Part shown: positions 1-4,472 of the stretch, piece after piece | How the letters are laid out: every line of letters starts with the position of its first letter | Position numbering within the stretch: the first letter of the stretch is position 1 | From: a virus | Lineage: Duplodnaviria; Heunggongvirae; Uroviricota; Caudoviricetes | IMG/VR virus record: IMGVR_UViG_2531839179_000010 | Length of the DNA stretch: 4,472 nucleotides | Strand: one strand, 5' to 3' | Made by a program: the position numbers and the translations under genes | Notes under the pieces: model-generated | What the model saw: the letters and a program-made list of their open reading frames with translations, nothing else | Told to the model about the DNA's origin: nothing | Database searches by the model: none

Positions 1-5
1 GGCGC

Positions 6-82
6 TGGCCCACCTCCGAGGACTCGAACCTCGCACCGTCAACTTAGAAGGTTGATGCTCTATCCGGATGAGCTAGTGGTGG
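6..82 (-). tRNA. tRNA-Arg (anticodon UCU), phage-borne argN/argU-like
   Basis: Reverse complement folds as a 77-nt cloverleaf: acceptor CCACCAC/GAGGTGG (one A.A mismatch at 6-67), D-arm GCTC-ATCCGGATA-GAGC, anticodon stem TCAAC/GTTGA with loop CTTCTAA (anticodon TCT), variable loop CGGTG, T-arm CGAGG-TTCGAGT-CCTCG, discriminator G, encoded CCA (plus-strand TGG at 6-8). Layout parallels E. coli argU as I recall it. Confidence 0.8.
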
Positions 83-83
83 T

Positions 84-160
84 TGGTGGCCCTTGCTGGA
101 CTTGAACCAGCGACCTGGCGATTATGAGTCGCTCGCTCTGACCAACTGAGCTAAAGGGCC
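84..160 (-). tRNA. tRNA-Ile2 (anticodon CAU, lysidine-type), ileX/ileZ-like
   Basis: Reverse complement GGCCCTTTAGCTCAGTTGGTCAGAGCGAGCGACTCATAATCGCCAGGTCGCTGGTTCAAGTCCAGCAAGGGCCACCA: perfect 7-bp acceptor GGCCCTT/AAGGGCC, anticodon loop CTCATAA, T-loop TTCAAGT, encoded CCA. Closely resembles E. coli ileX as recalled, not initiator or elongator Met. Only 1 nt (pos 83) separates it from the Arg tRNA. Confidence 0.8.
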
Positions 161-248
161 GGAGGCAGAATAATAACCATATGTCATCACATCTGCAAAC
201 TCATCTGACCACCAGCACGTTTAACGTCCTGTGCCGTTTTTCAGGTAT

Positions 249-272
249 AAAAAAACCCGCATAAAGCGGGCT
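249..272 (-). terminator. Intrinsic terminator, lambda tR'-like (late terminator downstream of Q)
   Basis: On minus strand: GC stem CCCGC (270-266), loop UUUAU, stem GCGGG (260-256), then a 7-U tract (plus A-run 249-255). The 3' end (tttttttatacctg) resembles the end of lambda tR' as recalled. Lies between the Q stop (350) and the tRNA genes. Confidence 0.7.
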
Positions 273-349
273 CTTTCAAATGTCCATGTCTGCTATTCGC
301 CTCGCGGTACAGCTTTGCGAAGCGTACAAGAATTGAAGCAGTTTTTACG

Positions 350-904
350 TCAAAAAGCAATAACTTTTTTCTCTATACCAAAAGCCATAACTATTGGTTT
401 GTACAAAATAAATTCTGCCACCTTTAGCCAATGCTCAATGCGTCTTTCACAGGTTCTTAAACTCCATTTCGGGTGTGCATCATTCAGCAGTTCAGCCATT
501 TTGCGTTTGGTCATCCCCCGCCCCTCATACCGTTGCCGAAGGACGCTAATCAATCCTGGATGCTCTGCCAGCACCTCACTTATGACCCGATCAATACATA
601 ACGCCTCTGCATCAGTACAATGCGCCAGCCAGCTCTTTTGCTTACCGTTAATCATATCCCGCAAAAAAGCCTCAAGTTCAGACTTGTTCAGACCTGCTTT
701 TTTCATCCTCCGGAGCGCCTCGTTAATTGCCGTTTTTGTCAGCTTTTTAGAGGTCAACATCAGGTTAAACATATTCCCCGTCTTACCGCCACCAATATAC
801 GACCAGCGCCCCCACATACGTAGTTTTCCCTGAATCCAGACACTTTCCAGCGTGGTGAGACGAAGGTGTTCTCCGCTTTTTCCTGTATTCGTTGGGTAAA
901 TCAT
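350..904 (-). CDS. Late-gene antiterminator Q (Q82/Q933-type family), 184 aa
   Basis: ORF-track frame 350..1024, trimmed to the ATG at 904-902, which has a strong SD (AAGGAGGG, 7 nt upstream) and overlaps the upstream stop (ATGA). N-terminal motif LRMWGRW...GNMFNLMLTSK parallels the LERWGAW...LITSK motif of Stx-phage Q as recalled. Position (after nin-like genes, before tR' and tRNAs) fits Q. Confidence 0.65.
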   Translation of the reverse strand: MIYPTNTGKSGEHLRLTTLESVWIQGKLRMWGRWSYIGGGKTGNMFNLMLTSKKLTKTAINEALRRMKKAGLNKSELEAFLRDMINGKQKSWLAHCTDAEALCIDRVISEVLAEHPGLISVLRQRYEGRGMTKRKMAELLNDAHPKWSLRTCERRIEHWLKVAEFILYKPIVMAFGIEKKVIAF

Positions 905-1191
905 AAATATCCCTCCTTTCTCCAGATTTCTTGTGTGCGAAAAACACCTTCTGCATGCATCAGGCGTAATTCTTCTTTGGTGTAATCGCTGGTTTTTACC
1001 CGCCCGTCGATTAAATCGTGGCACGAGCTACAGGCAATCGCTGCCTGCATATCGTGTGGCTTTATCGCTGTTCCGCACGTTCCCGCCAGTCGGTAATGCG
1101 CCAGCACAGACGTTTCCGGATCGTGATTGCAGTAGCCAGGAATTCTGACGGTGCACATCTGCCCCCGCGCCGCTTTAAGTAAATCCACCAT
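901..1191 (-). CDS. YbcO-like DUF1364 family protein (putative Zn-binding nuclease of lambdoid nin regions), 96 aa
   Basis: 96-aa ORF with Cys pairs (CTVRIPGYC...; ...ACSSCHDLIDGR), same length as E. coli DLP12 YbcO. SD GGAG 8 nt upstream; start overlaps the upstream stop (TAATG). Confidence 0.65.
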   Translation of the reverse strand: MVDLLKAARGQMCTVRIPGYCNHDPETSVLAHYRLAGTCGTAIKPHDMQAAIACSSCHDLIDGRVKTSDYTKEELRLMHAEGVFRTQEIWRKEGYL

Positions 1192-1790
1192 TACGCAAAC
1201 TCCAGCAGCTGCGCGGCCACATTTTCGACTTGTTCCGGAGAGGAAAATTTACGGAACAGAATCCAGTTCCACAGCACATTCAGTACAGATTTATAAACCT
1301 GCTGAAACTCGGTTTCGTCCATATTCGCAAACGCGATAGATTTCGCCCGACACCCACGGCTACCGTCCGGATAAAAATGCTCGGTGTAAAATCCGGCCTG
1401 AATGGCTACCCACTCGCGGAAAGCCTCAAACGACTTTAGCAATGCCGTATCACGGGTTCTGCGTGTCGCAACTGTATTCAGATATTGCTCTGCGGCTTCG
1501 CTCAGAGCTGGCGTATGTTCCCGGCCTACTAATTCACACAGGTAATCAACGAAACCGGACACCAGTTTTCGTTCGCGAGGCGTGATCGCCCCACCGACCG
1601 GAGTCCAGTAATCGAAACCCAGTTGCAGGAGTTTGAAAAAACGCTTGTGGAATGCGTAGTTACGCACACGCTTAAAGTCTGCGTGTATCCACTCACCTAT
1701 TTTGATTTGATGCAGAAAATCGCAACTCTCCGGCGTCGCCGGGAGAAGTAATCCGGAAGAGGTTTGTTTGACCAGTTGTATATGTGCCAT
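1191..1790 (-). CDS. DUF1367-like conserved lambdoid phage protein, 199 aa
   Basis: ORF-track frame 1191..1832, trimmed to the ATG at 1790-1788 (MAHIQLVKQ...) preceded by SD GGAGAAAG. About 200 aa and immediately upstream of a DUF1364 gene, as typical for DUF1367. Family assignment is from memory; the CDS itself is well supported. Confidence 0.6.
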   Translation of the reverse strand: MAHIQLVKQTSSGLLLPATPESCDFLHQIKIGEWIHADFKRVRNYAFHKRFFKLLQLGFDYWTPVGGAITPRERKLVSGFVDYLCELVGREHTPALSEAAEQYLNTVATRRTRDTALLKSFEAFREWVAIQAGFYTEHFYPDGSRGCRAKSIAFANMDETEFQQVYKSVLNVLWNWILFRKFSSPEQVENVAAQLLEFA

Positions 1791-1828
1791 CGGCTTTCTC
1801 CGGTGGCACGGTGTTACACAGCAGGAGT

Positions 1829-2116
1829 TCAATCCTGCTCAAGATTGTAGATGAGTTTATTCTTCAGCAAAAGCAGAAAACCAGCCTTAAAACCAATCTC
1901 TTTCAAAACCCGTAATGATGTGACAAATTCGTCCTCACGCAAAATAAAACCGTCCGTCAGAAGTCCATTACAAAAATAAAATAACACAGCACCGCTCTTC
2001 CTTTGTTGAGATTGCAAACATCTAATGCGGCAATGGCTGACAATCGCTCCATTCTCAACGCGCACAGCATAGAGGCCATTTTCACTAAAAATTTCACGCA
2101 ATTCTTCGATTTTCAT
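1829..2116 (-). CDS. Hypothetical protein, 95 aa (first gene of the nin-like operon)
   Basis: Intact ORF with ATG at 2116-2114 preceded by GGAAGGA SD-like sequence; no recognisable motif. Ends 38 nt upstream of the DUF1367-like start. Confidence 0.55.
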   Translation of the reverse strand: MKIEELREIFSENGLYAVRVENGAIVSHCRIRCLQSQQRKSGAVLFYFCNGLLTDGFILREDEFVTSLRVLKEIGFKAGFLLLLKNKLIYNLEQD

Positions 2117-2197
2117 CTTCAGAATCCTTCCAGATAAATAGCTCTCCCCTGTTCGGGGTCCATCCCTCTTCTCCCTGCGCGCTACTTAAGTGAGTCG

Positions 2198-2225
2198 ATT
2201 CTATCTGCGAAGGTGCGCGAATCAA
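2198..2225 (-). promoter_or_regulatory. Candidate sigma70 promoter for the 95-aa/DUF1367/YbcO/Q operon
   Basis: Minus strand TTGATT (2225-2220), 16-nt spacer, TAGAAT (2203-2198); immediately downstream of the hok terminator and about 80 nt upstream of the 95-aa ORF. Confidence 0.3.
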
Positions 2226-2235
2226 ATTCACCGGA

Positions 2236-2290
2236 AATAAACAACAAAAAACCCGCCGAAACGCTGAGAGATCACAGCGATGGGCGGGTT
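2236..2290 (-). terminator. Intrinsic terminator at the 3' end of the hok mRNA
   Basis: Minus strand: AACCCGCC (2290-2283), inner hairpin CGCTG/CAGCG, GGCGGGTT (2257-2250), then UUUUUUGUUGUUUAUUU. Lies about 75 nt downstream of the hok stop. Confidence 0.6.
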
Positions 2291-2365
2291 AAGTGCGGGT
2301 GCGTTGAGGATGCCTGACACATCAGAGGTGGGCGGGGATGGGATCAGCTCCCCGCCCGGTCACTC

Positions 2366-2521
2366 TTACTTCCTGGATTCGTAGTCTACGAAGACAGCGA
2401 CCTCCGTCTGGCCGGTTCGGATTCGTACCTCACAGAGGTCTTTCCTCGTTACCAGTGCCGTCACTATGACGGTTAAACAGATGACGATCAGGGCGATTAA
2501 CATCGCCTTTTGCTGCTTCAT
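2366..2521 (-). CDS. hok: Hok family type I toxin (HokD/RelF-like), 51 aa
   Basis: Translation MKQQKAMLIALIVICLTVIVTALVTRKDLCEVRIRTGQTEVAVFVDYESRK is near-identical to E. coli HokD/RelF as recalled (single TM helix, conserved Cys). SD AAGGAG 9 nt upstream of the ATG at 2521. Confidence 0.9.
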   Translation of the reverse strand: MKQQKAMLIALIVICLTVIVTALVTRKDLCEVRIRTGQTEVAVFVDYESRK

Positions 2522-2578
2522 AGCCTGCTTCTCCTTGCCTTTCGGCATGTAAGAGGCTAACCTACATGTGCAAAGCAT
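2366..2578 (-). CDS. mok: mok-like reading frame (in-frame 19-codon N-terminal extension of hok, as in chromosomal mokC), 70 aa
   Basis: In-frame upstream ATG at 2578 gives the leader MLCTCRLASYMPKGKEKQA, similar to the MokC N-terminus (MLNTCRVPLTDRKVKEKRA) as recalled. SD GAGG lies 9-10 nt upstream, where a Sok antisense RNA would pair. Confidence 0.55.
   Translation of the reverse strand: MLCTCRLASYMPKGKEKQAMKQQKAMLIALIVICLTVIVTALVTRKDLCEVRIRTGQTEVAVFVDYESRK
2544..2572 (+). promoter_or_regulatory. Candidate sok promoter (antisense to the mok start region)
   Basis: Plus strand TTGCCT (2544-2549), 17-nt spacer, TAACCT (2567-2572); predicted start near 2579, reading into the hok leader. Position corresponds to the sok promoter in plasmid R1 hok/sok. 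Confidence 0.35.
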
Positions 2579-2650
2579 GAAATTGGCCTCAGATTAATGT
2601 TAAGCGTCTTGCCGGACGCGTAATGTTAACTGGGGCTTTTCTCTATCTGC
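2579..2650 (+). ncRNA. sok: Sok-like antisense RNA (antitoxin of the hok/mok/sok system); boundaries approximate
   Basis: Inferred from the hok/sok architecture: the plus-strand transcript from the candidate promoter would be complementary to the mok SD and leader (2579-2650). The 3' end is not defined; a hairpin GCGTC-ttgccg-GACGC at 2603-2618 with a weak T-rich tail is one candidate. Confidence 0.35.
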
Positions 2651-2697
2651 CTTTTGGTGTTCATGCCTGAAGCAGATAGCCTCAAGCACCCGCAGTC

Positions 2698-2727
2698 ATT
2701 CTACTTACCTCGCCAATATGAAATCAA
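2698..2727 (-). promoter_or_regulatory. hok/mok promoter
   Basis: Minus strand TTGATT (2727-2722), 18-nt spacer, TAGAAT (2703-2698). Predicted start near 2693-2691, at the 5' fold-back element GCGGGUGCUUGAGG, which resembles the 5' end of R1 hok mRNA. Confidence 0.5.
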
Positions 2728-2748
2728 TCAGAAAGGTGCCCCATAAAA

Positions 2749-3435
2749 TCACTCCTTCTCTTCTTTACCGTAGTGGAGTTGACCAATTTTGATAAGAGGG
2801 CGTCCCTGAGATTTGCGGTGTAGATTGGTATCGCGCAGAGAATACACACAGCCACAATATTCCTGCTGATAGAATTTTTCGCGCTTGCTGATTTCAATCA
2901 TACGGGACGAGCCGCCCTGCTTGCGCCAGTTATAATCCCAGTACACCATGCCCGGATAATGCGCGACGGCTCGCCGCCCACAGTCGTTAACCTGCTGCAT
3001 ATTTTTCCAGCGTGAAATGCCCAGTGAACTGCTGATCACACTGAAACCATTTTCAGCGGCGTACAGCGCTGTCCGCTCAAAACGCATGTCAAAACACATG
3101 GTGCAACGGATCCCTCGTTCGGGCTCCCATTCCATTCCTTTGGCTCGTTCAAACCAGTTGTCTGTGTCGTAATCAGCATCAATAAACGGCACGCCGTGTT
3201 GTTCAGCAAAGCGAATATTCTCATCCTTACGAATTAAATACTCTTTCTGAGGATGAATGTTCGGGTTGTAGAAAAAGATGGTGTAGTCGATTCCCGAGGC
3301 CTGAAGCGCCTCCATCACCTCACCGGAACATGGAGCACAGCAAGAGTGCAGTAGTAGTTTGTTTGCCCCGTTTGGGAGCTCCAATTTGGGCCGTTTGAAA
3401 TCAGCAACTGTCATAAATATGTTTATTGGGGTCAT
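2749..3435 (-). CDS. QueH-like (DUF208) putative epoxyqueuosine reductase, 228 aa
   Basis: Intact 228-aa ORF with the N-terminal motif [11 protein letters not shown], which I recognise as the DUF208/QueH Fe-S signature, plus further conserved-looking Cys/His/Asp ([16 protein letters not shown]). Start ATG at 3435 has no obvious SD, so the start is uncertain (second ATG 7 codons in). Confidence 0.6.
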   Translation of the reverse strand: MTPINIFMTVADFKRPKLELPNGANKLLLHSCCAPCSGEVMEALQASGIDYTIFFYNPNIHPQKEYLIRKDENIRFAEQHGVPFIDADYDTDNWFERAKGMEWEPERGIRCTMCFDMRFERTALYAAENGFSVISSSLGISRWKNMQQVNDCGRRAVAHYPGMVYWDYNWRKQGGSSRMIEISKREKFYQQEYCGCVYSLRDTNLHRKSQGRPLIKIGQLHYGKEEKE

Positions 3436-3582
3436 AAAAATATCAAAGAGTGTAGCATTAGAACGGGGCTATCGGAAACAGATGTGTGACTGCTCCCCGC
3501 CCTTTCGGGCGGTCTCCTGATGATTTGAGGGTGCAGAAATCCCTCCGGTTAAGGATTAAATTTTTAACAGTGCTAAATTTAA

Positions 3583-3939
3583 TTATTCAGTTCTGGATTT
3601 TGTCGCCCTGCGTATCCGCGCTTTCGCGTTACGCTCAATCTGTATCAGCTTTTCTATATTTCTCCGCCTTTCCTGTTCCTCCTGGCGCAATAGCCTTACA
3701 TCATCTGCCAGTCTGGTTTCTCTTTTTGCCACAGAGAGCATCCAGTCAAACGGCTCCACAACCGCACCGCAGATTTTACAGCGGACCTGACGCTCTTTTT
3801 CGTCAACCCGTACAGAGGCGTGATGGCAATATGGTCTTTCCGATGGATCATAAAGAAAATTAACCTGATTACGAGGGTCATCCTCTTTTACCGGAAATAA
3901 AACAATATTACTTAACTCATCTTCTGGTTTTATTTCCAC
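3583..3939 (-). CDS. Hypothetical zinc-ribbon protein with basic C-terminal helix, 118 aa from GTG (129 aa from TTG at 3972)
   Basis: ORF-track frame 3583..3972; preferred start is GTG at 3939-3937 with SD AAGGAG (3951-3946) 6 nt upstream. Contains C-H-H...C-x-I-C (PYCHHASVRVDEKERQVRCKICG) and an Arg/Glu-rich C-terminal region. No family recognised. Confidence 0.55.
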   Translation of the reverse strand: MEIKPEDELSNIVLFPVKEDDPRNQVNFLYDPSERPYCHHASVRVDEKERQVRCKICGAVVEPFDWMLSVAKRETRLADDVRLLRQEEQERRRNIEKLIQIERNAKARIRRATKSRTE

Positions 3940-3940
3940 G

Positions 3941-4000
3941 TCACTCTCCTTTGATGCGAATGCCTGCGGCAATTAGTGCCTGATAACTAATTTCACTCAC
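3941..4000 (-). CDS. Candidate 19-aa leader/small ORF (VSEISYQALIAAGIRIKGE) upstream of the zinc-ribbon gene
   Basis: GTG at 4000-3998 preceded by strong SD AGGAGGTGG (7-nt spacer). Its stop TGA (3943-3941) lies 1 nt before the downstream GTG and its last codons contain the downstream SD. Confidence 0.25.
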   Translation of the reverse strand: MSEISYQALIAAGIRIKGE

Positions 4001-4124
4001 AGTACCACCTCCTGAAAATTACCCTGATAGAAAGCCAGTACACGCTGCATAACTTCGCTTTTACGACACTCAGTACAAATTATATTATGACGCCTGTCGT
4101 AACGACGTATTTCTCCGTCAGGTA

Positions 4125-4452
4125 TGAGGTAGCCTGAGTTTAACGGACACTCCTTCCTGAAATAGAATGGCATCAGAAGGAGCTAATAATGAGCAGAAAA
4201 ACCCAACGTTACTCTAAAGAGTTCAAAGCCGAAGCTGTCAGAACGGTTCTTGAAAATCAACTTTCGATCAGTGAAGGCGCTTCCCGATTATCCCTTCCTG
4301 AAGGCACTTTAGGACAATGGGTTACCGCCGCCAGAAAAGGGCTCGGTACTCCTGGTTCCCGCACGGTGGCTGAACTGGAATCTGAAATTCTGCAACTGCG
4401 TAAGGCGTTAAATGAAGCTCGCCTTGAGCGAGATATATTAAAAAAAAGCAAC
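4125..4452 (+). mobile_element. IS3-family insertion sequence (IS600-like), left end only; truncated by an IS30-like insertion
   Basis: Left terminal repeat begins TGAGGTAGCCTGAGTTTAACGGACAC at 4125, 64 bp upstream of orfA. IS sequence stops at about 4452 where IS30-like terminal sequence begins. Confidence 0.65.
4189..4452 (+). pseudogene. IS3-family transposase OrfA (IS600-like), 3'-truncated
   Basis: Translation MSRKTQRYSKEFKAEAVRTVLENQLSISEGASRLSLPEGTLGQWVTAARKGLGTPGSRTVAELESEILQLRKALNEARLERDILKK matches IS600 OrfA as recalled (HTH plus leucine zipper). It ends in the A-run frameshift window (4440-4447) and then diverges into IS30-like sequence. Confidence 0.7.
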
Positions 4453-4472
4453 TGTAGATTCAATTGGTCAAC
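4453..4472 (+). mobile_element. IS30-like terminal inverted repeat (element continues beyond the window)
   Basis: TGTAGATTCAATTGGTCAAC matches the IS30 terminal repeat as I recall it; it begins exactly where the IS600-like orfA reading frame loses similarity. Confidence 0.5.

Noticed and set aside
249-272. Same hairpin read as a plus-strand terminator
   Set aside because: On the plus strand the stem is followed by CTCTTTC rather than a U-tract, and no plus-strand gene ends upstream; the 7-U tract is on the minus strand.
231-833. 200-aa plus-strand ORF (also 620..823, 67 aa)
   Set aside because: Antisense to the Q-like gene and overlapping the tR'-like terminator; no SD and low-complexity translation; the minus-strand gene has synteny and RBS support.
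905-1024. 40-codon N-terminal extension of the Q ORF (MPRFNRRAGKNQ...)
   Set aside because: It lies entirely inside the YbcO-like coding sequence in another frame; the internal ATG at 904 has a strong SD and stop/start overlap, so the extension is probably not translated.
933-1439. Plus-strand ORFs 933..1148, 1151..1339 and 1230..1439
   Set aside because: All lie antisense within the YbcO-like and DUF1367-like genes, lack ribosome-binding sites, and have Arg/Pro-rich translations typical of spurious antisense frames.
1791-1832. 14-codon N-terminal extension of the DUF1367-like ORF (MNSCCVTPCHRRKP)
   Set aside because: It overlaps the stop of the upstream 95-aa gene and lacks an SD; the ATG at 1790 has a good SD (GGAGAAAG).
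2198-2727. Possible duplication linking the two TTGATT/TAGAAT promoter-like elements (2198-2225 and 2698-2727)
   Set aside because: Only the hexamers and a short GACT match; spacers and flanks differ, so this is more likely coincidence than a repeat.
3036-3224. 62-aa minus-strand ORF inside the QueH-like gene
   Set aside because: Out-of-frame internal ORF fully nested in a longer, motif-bearing coding frame.
3486-3863. 125-aa plus-strand ORF (and 3696..3881 minus, 61 aa)
   Set aside because: Overlaps the better-supported minus-strand zinc-ribbon gene; no SD; starts inside the intergenic hairpin.
4257-4463. 68-aa minus-strand ORF
   Set aside because: Antisense to the IS3-family orfA, whose identity is well supported.
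1-4472. CRISPR arrays, rRNA, integrase/attachment site
   Set aside because: No regularly spaced direct repeats, no rRNA-like sequence and no integrase ORF were seen; the tRNAs are internal to the phage late region, not an obvious attB/attP junction.

Overview
This window looks like a mosaic accessory segment of an E. coli/Shigella-type lambdoid prophage, with every phage gene on the minus strand. Reading right to left: (i) a nested IS junction at 4125-4472, where an IS3-family (IS600-like) left end and orfA are cut at the frameshift window by what appears to be the terminal repeat of an IS30-like element; (ii) a small operon encoding an uncharacterised zinc-ribbon protein and a QueH/DUF208-like putative epoxyqueuosine reductase; (iii) an apparently intact hok/mok/sok type I toxin-antitoxin locus with promoter, fold-back elements and terminator; (iv) a tightly packed nin-region-like operon (95-aa hypothetical, DUF1367-like, YbcO/DUF1364-like, Q-family late antiterminator) with overlapping stop/start codons; (v) a lambda tR'-like intrinsic terminator; (vi) two phage-borne tRNAs (Ile2-CAU and Arg-UCU) 1 nt apart. 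The Q / tR' / tRNA-Ile / tRNA-Arg order is the one found upstream of stx and lysis genes in Stx-converting and related lambdoid phages, so the late operon probably continues left of position 1. All family assignments come from reading the translations and recalled signatures; no database search or fold computation was possible. The most novel-looking part is the zinc-ribbon protein plus QueH-like pair, a candidate tRNA-modification moron with no function I can assign.
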